This document shows positions 18,256-29,220 of a DNA stretch of 64,000 bases, piece after piece. Source of the stretch: Marinicella sp. (GTDB lineage Bacteria; Pseudomonadota; Gammaproteobacteria; Xanthomonadales; Marinicellaceae). Within the stretch, counting starts at the first letter, position 1. Every line of letters begins with the position of its first letter. The DNA lies in NCBI GenBank assembly GCA_965230295.1, contig OZ246001.1, positions 3,040,001 through 3,104,000 of the forward strand, written 5' to 3'. The notes beneath the pieces were generated by a model that was not told where the DNA came from, did not search any database, and saw only the letters and a program-made list of their open reading frames with translations. Made by a program: the position numbers and the translations under genes.

Positions 18256-20217
18256 TTATTCAAAGCCGTTTTGGAATATAAGTTCATAAGTAACAGGAAT
18301 GTTCTTGTTAAACATGTTGTCAGCAGGATAACCATCAGCACCTGTAAGCATTGAGACGCTACCCAAAATATTCACTTCTTCGCTTTCAGCTGCCGATGTG
18401 TCAAAATGGATGGTAAAAGTTGTCCCTGTATCAGGCGGCATGTTCATAAGCGAATATGAAATCTCACCAGATGTTCCACCAACTCCAACACATGCAGGGT
18501 CGAAATCACATGTCCAGGAAATATTTGATGTATTGATAGGGTCTAGTGTAATGAGAACTTCTATGTCCTCTGTTTGGTAGCCTGAATTTTCAACATATAC
18601 GATCAACTCAGGAGCATATCCATTCAGAGTTTGAATGTTTTGTAACACAGCTCTGGCATCAGGAGTATAGCAACCAATCGGACCTGCATCGATGATGGTC
18701 CATCCTTTTAGATTGATTAAATCGTCTCGTGCAGAACTCGACTCGCAGTAAGGTGTACCATCAGCATTGAAAGTGACATTACTCATTACATTTTGTGAAG
18801 CGAGGTTAGACAGCCAGCGGTCATAGTTTCTTGTTGAAAACCCTGGTATCAATGACGTGTCGAAGTAACCAAACATGTTAGTCATGTCACTGACATTTTG
18901 CACATCCCAGAACTGAAGGTCCGGGTTAGCTTTTGGAGTGTGTAAAAACATGTGGAACATGTCAGTCACATTAGAAACGTCCCAATTGGTCACATCAGGA
19001 TTGGCTTCGTCAGCTCCAGCAAACATGGCATTCATAGTGGTGACTGATGATGTATCCCAATTTTCAACTTCGGGATCGGCAACATTCGCGTCAATGAACA
19101 TTCTACTCATATCGACCACATTGGAAGTATCCCATTTTGATACGTTGGGGTTAGCAATTTCAGCACTTGCAAACATAACACTCGTGGTGGTGACAGATGA
19201 TGTATCCCAATTTTCAACATCAGGGTTGGCGCAACAAGTTCCACTGAACATGCCGCCAATGGATTCTACATTTGAAATATCCCATCCACTGACATCTGGA
19301 TCGGCATCAGAAAGACTGAACATTGAAGACATGTTAGTTACATTTGATACAACCCAACTACTCACATTCGGAGTGAAATTGACCCCAAAAAACATACCTG
19401 ACATGTCGGTTATGTTTGAAACATCCCAACTTCCTACATCATAAGTGCCAGTGGAGTAATAAAACATGCTCGACATATTTGTTACACTTGACAAATTCCA
19501 GTCTCCTACATCTGCTTCTCCAGATGCGCCAGCAAACATAAAGCTCATATTTTCAACACTACTTGTAATCCAATCGCCAGTATCAGGTACAAATGACTGA
19601 ACCCCATCGTCATTAATTCCTCCTGTTTCTCTGAATGTACCGCGCATATTTGTTACATTACTAACGTCCCATGAACCAAAGCCCCGAATATTGCCAGCTG
19701 CTTTCCAGAAAGCATGATCCAAATTTCTTGCAGATGACATGTCCCAATCACTTAGATCGACATCAACTTCACAATTTCCACACATATATGTAAAGTCAGT
19801 TACTTGAGATAGGTCAGGTGGGTTTTGTAGTGCAAATGTAATGCCTTTCGCTTCTCTGAAAGCGGATTTCATAGACAACCAGGGCATGTCCATTTCAAGT
19901 ATGCGGATTATTTGGCGGTTCCGAGCAGAGCGAGAGCCAAATAGATAAGGATTTGGAAAATTTCCAGTGATCCTAACAGTATAGATTCTAGGGCTAAAAT
20001 ATGTGTACTGAACATTTCCAGTTTGCCCAGTGAGTTCAGGATTACCATCATTATCGAGATCTACATTAAAATTGTATGGAAGGCTAGGATCAGTCCTTAT
20101 ATCGAGAGTTAATCCGTCGGGTAATTGGTCATTCGCTTCGAATTCAAAGACGAAATCAGCATTTGCCGAGAACGATACAAGAATAAGAAATAAAATGGAA
20201 GAAATTGTATATTTCAT
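18256..20217 (-). CDS. Secreted DUF285/BspA-like protein (paralog G)
   Basis: More than 10 repeats; ends LIFQNGFE; GAGG RBS. Confidence 0.9.
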   Translation of the reverse strand: MKYTISSILFLILVSFSANADFVFEFEANDQLPDGLTLDIRTDPSLPYNFNVDLDNDGNPELTGQTGNVQYTYFSPRIYTVRITGNFPNPYLFGSRSARNRQIIRILEMDMPWLSMKSAFREAKGITFALQNPPDLSQVTDFTYMCGNCEVDVDLSDWDMSSARNLDHAFWKAAGNIRGFGSWDVSNVTNMRGTFRETGGINDDGVQSFVPDTGDWITSSVENMSFMFAGASGEADVGDWNLSSVTNMSSMFYYSTGTYDVGSWDVSNITDMSGMFFGVNFTPNVSSWVVSNVTNMSSMFSLSDADPDVSGWDISNVESIGGMFSGTCCANPDVENWDTSSVTTTSVMFASAEIANPNVSKWDTSNVVDMSRMFIDANVADPEVENWDTSSVTTMNAMFAGADEANPDVTNWDVSNVTDMFHMFLHTPKANPDLQFWDVQNVSDMTNMFGYFDTSLIPGFSTRNYDRWLSNLASQNVMSNVTFNADGTPYCESSSARDDLINLKGWTIIDAGPIGCYTPDARAVLQNIQTLNGYAPELIVYVENSGYQTEDIEVLITLDPINTSNISWTCDFDPACVGVGGTSGEISYSLMNMPPDTGTTFTIHFDTSAAESEEVNILGSVSMLTGADGYPADNMFNKNIPVTYELIFQNGFE

Positions 20218-20266
20218 GGTTCACCTCGTTTTACTTAATTTAAAGTTCATTGATAATGAAATGCTT

Positions 20267-20449
20267 TTAAAGAGATTCAAAACATTTGATTTCACTGAGT
20301 AATAGGATTGACCGAAGAGAAGACTCAGAGTCGACAATCACAAAATAATGCATGACATTTTTGAGGGTGCAAATGGCCTGATCACCATTTTTTAAGAAGA
20401 TTCTGATGTTGGCATTGTGTTTAAATTGTTCTAGTAATTGATTTCTCAT
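20267..20449 (-). CDS. Small Sm/Hfq-fold-like protein C
   Basis: QLLEQFK helix, IRIFLKNG, YFVIVD, ILLLSEIKCF strands; AAGGG RBS; phased promoter upstream. Confidence 0.6.
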   Translation of the reverse strand: MRNQLLEQFKHNANIRIFLKNGDQAICTLKNVMHYFVIVDSESSLRSILLLSEIKCFESL

Positions 20450-20483
20450 GGCACACCCTTAATTGGTCGTTAAACTTGAAACC

Positions 20484-20537
20484 AGTTTAAGATGCATGGT
20501 TTATATTGACCTTACCGAAACCGGATTAATATCTGTT
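20484..20537 (-). promoter_or_regulatory. 11-bp-phased promoter (degenerate boxes)
   Basis: CTTAC 20511, CGGAT 20522, CTGTT 20533; TAAACT 20489-20484. Confidence 0.5.
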
Positions 20538-20732
20538 TTTATCTTTAAAAACTTGAAAAAAACCTAAAAAAAATAAAAATGACAGTTTTAGACTGGATAT
20601 ATAAAAACCTGGCTAAGTTGTAGCTGACTTAAAGGAAATTTGTTAATCAGTAACAGAGGCTTTATCTAAATTTTGAATGAAAATGGTTACTACATAAATA
20701 ATTAAGAAGTTATTAGGAGGTATGTTTAATAA

Positions 20733-20797
20733 ATCAGGTATTAATTAAGTAAAGGTCAGCAATAGATCAGGATTATGATTTAAATATATTCAATAAT
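20733..20797 (+). promoter_or_regulatory. 11-bp-phased ATCAG promoter
   Basis: ATCAG 20733, ATTAA 20744, GTCAG 20755, ATCAG 20766; AATAAT 20792-20797. Confidence 0.65.
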
Positions 20798-20845
20798 TAA
20801 ATTGATGCAATGGATGTGTCTTATTAATTTAGTGAATTACAAATC

Positions 20846-21952
20846 ATGAGTGTGTATATGTTGAAATCATCAAGTCGTATCGAAAAGAAGGTTTTGCCTC
20901 CATATTTTTTAAACCTCCCAGTTTATATGCTGATATATTTTGGTTTATTAACTATCCCTAGATCAGCCTTTCCAGAAACACCTTCTTCTGAATATAAATC
21001 AGATCCAGATTACTCTGTTGTTATAGATGGGATACCTAATCAATACGATGATGTGTTGAACACACCAGAAATAGATAAAGTGGATTTGGAAGCATTGATA
21101 TGGGAACCAGAAGTGGCCGGTATCTATCCGGCAATCATTATGCTACATGGGGCAGGTGGCTTGTATTACCAAAGTGATGACTCATGTGATGATGCTGACA
21201 GGAGTTGTTGGGGGTTATCTGGCAAATTTCGATACTGGGCTCATTTATTAAGTAAAGGTCACCCATACGATTATTCGGATAAATTTATCATCATTGCAGT
21301 TGATTCCCACACCCCACGAGGTTATGACCATCATGGAGTGTCTCAAATAGCCAGTGGATCCAGACCTGCAAATGTCACAGCTCATCTTGGTAGGCCTTGG
21401 GATTTTTATGCAGCACTGAATTATTTAAAGTCACGAGATGATGTGATTCAAAATGAAATTTTTGCTCTGGGGTTTTCTGATGGCGGTGGGGGGGTGTTGA
21501 GTGCAATCGCTGCATCAGATCAAGCCGTTATGGTTAATGAATCTGATTATTTTCATGGAATTGATAACAACTCTGAAGAGGGGCGTGCAGTAATGGCCGA
21601 TGATTCAGTCAGCGGCGCTGTAGTTTTTTATCCAAGTTGTGGTCTTCAAGGTTATTTTAATGGTGCATACACTCATTTTGGACAACTATTGGTCCAAGTT
21701 GGCAGTGATGATGACATCACTGTGCCGTCAAGATGTATTGAACGCCAATCTGAATCCATTGGTTTAGGAATAAGCCCGACTGATTTTGTTATTGATATTT
21801 ACGAAGGGGCTGATCATGGTTTCGATTATTTTGAATCTGAAACTCAAAATGCCTGTATTGCAACAGAAAAGGCTATTTCATTTTTTTCAGCAAAAGTAGG
21901 TGACAGCATTTTTTCATCTCACTTTAACTCTAATGTTTGTGCAGAAAATTAA
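20846..21952 (+). CDS. Dienelactone hydrolase-family alpha/beta hydrolase, probably exported
   Basis: PAIIMLHGAGG, GFSDGG, FYPSC, GSDDDI, YEGADHGFD; DSIFSSHF near the C-terminus; start uncertain. Confidence 0.8.
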   Translation: MSVYMLKSSSRIEKKVLPPYFLNLPVYMLIYFGLLTIPRSAFPETPSSEYKSDPDYSVVIDGIPNQYDDVLNTPEIDKVDLEALIWEPEVAGIYPAIIMLHGAGGLYYQSDDSCDDADRSCWGLSGKFRYWAHLLSKGHPYDYSDKFIIIAVDSHTPRGYDHHGVSQIASGSRPANVTAHLGRPWDFYAALNYLKSRDDVIQNEIFALGFSDGGGGVLSAIAASDQAVMVNESDYFHGIDNNSEEGRAVMADDSVSGAVVFYPSCGLQGYFNGAYTHFGQLLVQVGSDDDITVPSRCIERQSESIGLGISPTDFVIDIYEGADHGFDYFESETQNACIATEKAISFFSAKVGDSIFSSHFNSNVCAEN

Positions 21953-22166
21953 TCGCCAGCTTTGAAATGATCCGTTTTGTGCTGAGAATTAAGATAGGTT
22001 GAGAGTGAAGTAACCGAGAATGTAAACTAACTTGAGTACGCCTTGGTTGATTATATTTTGAAGACAACGTAACGTGATACATTTATAAATCAAGGGTCAA
22101 CTAAAATCGGGTGTGTGCGCTGAAGGGCTCCCTATCCATTGAAGCCCCAGAAGCTTGCTTATTTGG

Positions 22167-22697
22167 TCATTCCAGTACAGCCAGTAAGTGATCAAACCCT
22201 TTACTGCTGGCGATTTCTGCTGCCGATAAACCCTCGGTGGTTTTAATGGAAGCATCTGCGCCATGGTCAACCAGGCTTCTGGCAACCTCTGCATGGTTAT
22301 AAAATACGGCGTACATCAAAGCAGTCCACCCATCTGATGTCGTTATATTCATATCAGCACTCATGTCGATCAACAACTTGGCTGTATCGTGATGGCCATT
22401 CGAAGCGGCAAAATGCAAAGCTGTCCAATCGCTGCTGTCGATTTTGTCGATTTCCGCACCATGCATTAGCAACATTGAAACAGTGTCAGTATGACCTGCC
22501 CCGGCAGCATATGACAACAAAGAAACATTTTCCTTTTCAGACACCGTGTTTACATCAGCACCATCGATGATGGCTTTTTCTAAAAATTCAGTTTTGCCAT
22601 TATAAGCGGCACTGATCAGCTGTTTGTCAGTGGTTCCCCCACAAGCTTGAAGGATGATTAAAGTAAAGCATACAATGCTTAAATATATAAATTTCAT
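22167..22697 (-). CDS. Ankyrin-repeat lipoprotein
   Basis: Lipobox LQAC; TALHFAASNGH and TALMYA repeats. Confidence 0.9.
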   Translation of the reverse strand: MKFIYLSIVCFTLIILQACGGTTDKQLISAAYNGKTEFLEKAIIDGADVNTVSEKENVSLLSYAAGAGHTDTVSMLLMHGAEIDKIDSSDWTALHFAASNGHHDTAKLLIDMSADMNITTSDGWTALMYAVFYNHAEVARSLVDHGADASIKTTEGLSAAEIASSKGFDHLLAVLE

Positions 22698-22729
22698 TTG
22701 ATTCTCTCCTGTAACTATTTACAGCTGCC

Positions 22730-22783
22730 AGCTTAATACAGAGCTATGGTATTACCCTGACTTAAACCTGATGAATTCCTGAT
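22730..22783 (-). promoter_or_regulatory. 11-bp-phased ATCAG promoter
   Basis: CTGAC 22757, CTGAT 22768, CTGAT 22779; TAAGCT 22735-22730. Confidence 0.7.
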
Positions 22784-23128
22784 TTATGGCAGGTAGTCAT
22801 TTTTTTTTTTGATTTTTACTGATTTTAGTATTGGAAGCCTCTATAAGTAATCACCTTCATTTTCAGATATTGCTGAAAACCTTTCGCACATTTAATTGCA
22901 GCGGTCTCAAGCAGTGTTCTGATAGTCAATTACAAATTGCATGTCAGGCTGTTGGCTTTTTTGTCTGCATCATCAGATTACTGGAAAAGAATGGTTTCAG
23001 GCAATCAATTGACTGCTTGTTCGGTTTTGAGATCAAACCCTGCCACAGGCTGCTTCTCAGTTGAGAAATTTCATCTCTGGATCTTTAATGACATGTACAA
23101 TAGACAAGAGTTCAATAATCGATTTTGC

Positions 23129-23836
23129 ATGTTACACCCTGTTATGAATCAAGCCGTGGTTGCTGCTTTAAGAGAAAATGTCTTATTTTCGGGCATGGAT
23201 GATGAGCAGTTTAATCAAGTCCTCAGCCATGCCGATTTATTAAATAAACAACCGGATCAAATGTTGTTCCAACAAGGCATGGATTTGAGTCACTTTTATT
23301 ACGTTTATGACGGTGCGATCAAATTAAGCAGAAGCACCATACGCGGCGATGAAAAAATCATTGAAGTGGTGTTCGCGGGTCGTACATTTGCTGAAGGAGT
23401 CTTGTTTTCTGGTGCACCGAAATATCCGGTCACTGCCACAGCACTCAAACCATCGGTGGTGGTTGGTATCCAAGCCAAACCGTTTTTAAAATTACTGCAA
23501 AGTTCTGCTGATTTATGCATCAATATGTTGGGACACCTGTCAGTCAAGCTGCATTGGATGGTCAAAGAACTGGACAACCAAACTTTACACAATGCTTCAT
23601 TCAGGGTGATTGATTATTTCTTGGCTCAGGTAGAGCAGGGGTCCAGTGAACAATACACATTGAAACTGTCGGTTCCAAAGCGGGACATTGCTTCCAGGTT
23701 GTCTATCAAACCTGAAACCTTTTCACGGGCTTTAAAGTCCCTGGAAAAAAAATCGCTGATAGAGGTCAAAGAAAAGAAAATCATCCTCAACAATGTCGAT
23801 GAACTCCGTTCAATGTTAGAAACCGAAGCTCTGTGA
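23129..23836 (+). CDS. dnr: DNR-type Crp/Fnr NO-responsive regulator
   Basis: TFAEGVLF..YPVTA, IASRLSIKPETFSR HTH; no FNR Cys cluster; next to nirS; start 23129 or 23144. Confidence 0.85.
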   Translation: MLHPVMNQAVVAALRENVLFSGMDDEQFNQVLSHADLLNKQPDQMLFQQGMDLSHFYYVYDGAIKLSRSTIRGDEKIIEVVFAGRTFAEGVLFSGAPKYPVTATALKPSVVVGIQAKPFLKLLQSSADLCINMLGHLSVKLHWMVKELDNQTLHNASFRVIDYFLAQVEQGSSEQYTLKLSVPKRDIASRLSIKPETFSRALKSLEKKSLIEVKEKKIILNNVDELRSMLETEAL

Positions 23837-23859
23837 GGTTGGTTGTAGTTTAATTCAAC

Positions 23860-23893
23860 AAAAAAAAGCGCTGCCCTCGGAGGAAGCCAGCGC
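23860..23893 (-). terminator. Intrinsic terminator after nirS
   Basis: GCGCTG..CAGCGC stem plus U8 on the minus strand. Confidence 0.7.
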
Positions 23894-23965
23894 CAAAGTA
23901 AAAAAATGTTTATTTGGTCAGACCTGAACCCTCCCATCCCTGGGTTTTCAGGTCCAGCCAATTAA

Positions 23966-26104
<2,139 letters not shown>

Positions 26105-26211
26105 CTACTGCTTAGTAATGTGATGCTGAGAAGATCTGTGTTTACCCACGCAAAATGATCCCAGCTAATAACTCTTGTCAGTTAATTTATAAGTTTTGCT
26201 TCGGAATGTAA

Positions 26212-26225
26212 TTGACATACATCAA
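26212..26225. promoter_or_regulatory. FNR/DNR box upstream of nirS
   Basis: TTGAC-ATAC-ATCAA. Confidence 0.85.
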
Positions 26226-26258
26226 TTATGACCAATCAATTTGCCACACCCACTGTGT

Positions 26259-28439
26259 TCACCACTCTATGGTATAAGCCAGTTTGACATGTCTGGATGC
26301 CTGGGTCATGGCTTCGATGATTGGGTCAAAGTTGTCGAAATTTCTGACTTGTTGCCACAACCAATATTTCTTGTCTGTCAGGTTATAAATGCCCAGACGC
26401 AGCTGGCTGTTGTGACTGATTTGATAACCCAGCATCAAGTCGAATGTGGCGTAACCTGGTGTTTTGAATAACTCATCGTCTTCATCATCCACTCGATTTT
26501 GTGCTTGGCTGAAGATGCCATATAGACCAGCGTCCCAATTCCCATCGGGCGATTGCCATTTCACATGACCTGTGGCTTTTGGAGGTGAAATGTGATTCAG
26601 TGGTTGGCTGGTGTTGTCATTTTCACCACGGGTGTAAGCCAGTTGCCAACCCGATGACCAGTGATCGGTGATTTGCCACTGGAAATCCAGTTCAGCACCA
26701 TATATAGTGGCATCTTCTACATTTCTTGACTGGAAAATCAAAGCCCCACTGTCAGGATCGGCTCCAACCAAGTCACGACTGACAATTAAATTTTGATAAT
26801 CGTTATGGAATACATTGAAATTGATTTGATGGGCATCGCCACTGTACCTGAATCCAATTTCCAAGCCATTGGAAGTTTCAGATTTGAGGTCGGGGTTTGG
26901 AATGGCTTGGTAATTGAACAAGGCCAGGTTAAAACCAATGTTCACATCATCATAGGGTGGGGCTCTGAAGCCTCTTACATACTGCGCATAGACATTGATT
27001 TCATCGTTCAGATCATACATGACACCTAATTTTGGTGAGAAATCAGACTCAATGATGGAGACAACTTCTGCATCACCAGAGCCATTGTCAAACAACTGAT
27101 CCCGATTGGGGGACAAATCATAATGATCAAACCGGAGGGCAGGGACCAAGGTCCAGGCAGAATCACCGAAGGTGATTTCATCATGGATGAATAATCCCAA
27201 CTCTTTGACATCTGTGATGGGGAAATCCCGCAACGGGAAATTTTCTCCCAGCACCACATTTGTCGTGATGTTGGTGTCCAAGTTGGTTTCTCGCGCATCT
27301 CTGGATTCTGTGACTTCAGTTGAAACATATTCCAAACCATAAATCAGCTGATGTTGGGTGCGGTCAGTCGAAAAAGTCTTGGTGAAGTTCAGTTCCAAGC
27401 CGGTTCGGTTGCTGTCAAAATTGAATTGTCGAAATTGAAACAAGGGTGTCCCACGCCGAGAGAAGCGGTTTTCAAAAGTGTCCTGGGTCAATTCTGTCCC
27501 GGCGTGATAGACCAGGGCAGTGCCTTGATCTGCCCACCCGGAAGACAGGTTGAAATCATAACTCAGACTGAATTGATGGTCTTTTGATTCGTCCTTGCCA
27601 CTGAGTGCGGTGGTGCGGATAAACCGGCCCTCGCCTATGAATGAGTTGATCTGGGTGAACTGATCTTTTTGTTGGGCCCGAAAACCCAAAGACCAAGTGT
27701 TGCCATTGGCCGTGTCAATGTTCCACTTGCCAAAAATGGATTGTGAATCCCAATCGGCTGTGTCTTTGGGTAGGTTTGAATTTTCATTGACCACACCTTT
27801 GCCATCGCGCTGTGTGACAGACAGCAGCAACCCATGGTTTTCATGGTCCCAAGCCGAACTCAGGGTGACAAAACGACCGTGACGTTTGCCATCGTATCCC
27901 AAACGCAAGCGGGTCCAGTTATCATCCGGATGGTTGGCCAACAACACATCCGGATCCCAGGTGTTGATGGCAACAATGCCACCCAAGGCGTTACTGCCAT
28001 ACAGGGTTGAAGCCGGTCCTTTGAGGATTTCAATGTTTTGAATCAAATCAATTTCCGGGAAACTGGATGTGGCAAAGGAATAGGAACCTAAATCAAAGGT
28101 TTTGGCGTTGGGTGCACCATCAATTTCAATCGCCACACGGTTACCACCGATGCCGCGGATGTTGATTCCTGAGGTGCCGAATCGAGTGCCCCCATCCTCA
28201 ATATGGATGTTGCCCTCATATTTGATTGCATTGGCAATGTCCTGACTGAGGGTGGTTTCAATCTGCCCGGCTGAAATCACTGAAACATCACCAACCACCT
28301 CTTGCACCGGTCGGGCTTGTTTATAGGCGACAACCACCATGTCATCCAGTACAGTGGTGTCTTCCGGTGGCGGACTGGTTTGTGCGTGAGCACCCATCGA
28401 CAGTGCCAGTAAGGCACCCATACATGCTTTAACTTTCAT
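26259..28439 (-). CDS. TonB-dependent heme/hemoglobin-family receptor
   Basis: IEILKGPASTLYGSNALGG plug, GFRAP and PNPDL motifs, C-terminal W. Confidence 0.85.
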   Translation of the reverse strand: MKVKACMGALLALSMGAHAQTSPPPEDTTVLDDMVVVAYKQARPVQEVVGDVSVISAGQIETTLSQDIANAIKYEGNIHIEDGGTRFGTSGINIRGIGGNRVAIEIDGAPNAKTFDLGSYSFATSSFPEIDLIQNIEILKGPASTLYGSNALGGIVAINTWDPDVLLANHPDDNWTRLRLGYDGKRHGRFVTLSSAWDHENHGLLLSVTQRDGKGVVNENSNLPKDTADWDSQSIFGKWNIDTANGNTWSLGFRAQQKDQFTQINSFIGEGRFIRTTALSGKDESKDHQFSLSYDFNLSSGWADQGTALVYHAGTELTQDTFENRFSRRGTPLFQFRQFNFDSNRTGLELNFTKTFSTDRTQHQLIYGLEYVSTEVTESRDARETNLDTNITTNVVLGENFPLRDFPITDVKELGLFIHDEITFGDSAWTLVPALRFDHYDLSPNRDQLFDNGSGDAEVVSIIESDFSPKLGVMYDLNDEINVYAQYVRGFRAPPYDDVNIGFNLALFNYQAIPNPDLKSETSNGLEIGFRYSGDAHQINFNVFHNDYQNLIVSRDLVGADPDSGALIFQSRNVEDATIYGAELDFQWQITDHWSSGWQLAYTRGENDNTSQPLNHISPPKATGHVKWQSPDGNWDAGLYGIFSQAQNRVDDEDDELFKTPGYATFDLMLGYQISHNSQLRLGIYNLTDKKYWLWQQVRNFDNFDPIIEAMTQASRHVKLAYTIEW

Positions 28440-28510
28440 ACTTTAATTCCAAAAAGATATTGCTTTTAAAAAGAACGTATTCAGTTTAGAAAGGTGGAAA
28501 TGATTTGTAT

Positions 28511-28572
28511 TTGACTTGAGTCAAGTGTGTGATTATGGTGCCTATAAATGCCAATTGTTTGATTTGAATCAA
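28511..28572. promoter_or_regulatory. Two FNR/DNR boxes upstream of the TonB receptor
   Basis: TTGAC-TTGA-GTCAA 28511-28524; TTGAT-TTGA-ATCAA 28559-28572. Confidence 0.8.
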
Positions 28573-28696
28573 GCATTTGAACGTAAGGTATCTTGTCGTT
28601 GCTATTGAGTTTTTTGAGTTAGTTAGCGTGAATTCGGACAATTTTTTACTCAATTCTTATGTCAAATAATTGGCTTGAAACATATATAATTGCCAG

Positions 28697-28843
28697 ATGA
28701 ATGAAAACCAAGCAAAACAAGAAAATGGCAAACAAAGCCCTGCCAAGTTGACTTTCCTTTTTATCTTACTGCCCATCTTAGTGGTGGCATTGATGGTGAT
28801 TTTCTGGGTCATTTTCAAGGAAACCAGAAAGCAAACCTTGTGA
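28697..28843 (+). CDS. Putative 48-aa single-pass membrane peptide (or pseudogene start)
   Basis: MNENQAKQENGKQSPAKLTFLFILLPILVVALMVIFWVIFKETRKQTL. Confidence 0.35.
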   Translation: MNENQAKQENGKQSPAKLTFLFILLPILVVALMVIFWVIFKETRKQTL

Positions 28844-29220
28844 CCACAATGGTGGCCCCTATTTCGACAAACCTGGTTGTACAGGAAAACGTTAACAAGA
28901 GGTTGTACCCGATCAGAACAATGGTCTGATATGACTTCTGTATTCTTGAATCCATTCAAAAAGGAAGTACCAAGGGCATTCCTTAATAACGAACTCATGC
29001 TTTTCATTGATAAGAGGGTGTAATTGTCTGGATTCAACTTTTTGCAGAAGAAATGAGCATCGGAGGATGAAGAATCAAAGGTTAAATTTCTGAAGCTAAA
29101 GTATGAAGAAAACTTCAGAAAAATAAACCCAGAGACATGTATGTACCGATGCTCATTGTCGGTTAAAGGTAACAAAGGCCAATTGCTTCCTTGCAACCAG
29201 CCCTTATTCCTTGATTAAAG

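Noticed and set aside
6772-19444. Plus-strand ORFs such as 6772, 7336, 9611, 11238 and 18938
   Set aside because: Antisense shadows of the repeat genes
6440-19720. Periodic ACATCCCAATT repeats resembling a CRISPR array
   Set aside because: 75-nt period, in frame inside DUF285 genes, degenerate at codon third positions; no cas genes
28657-29196. 179-aa minus-strand ORF after norB
   Set aside because: TTG start, no RBS, no motifs, atypical composition
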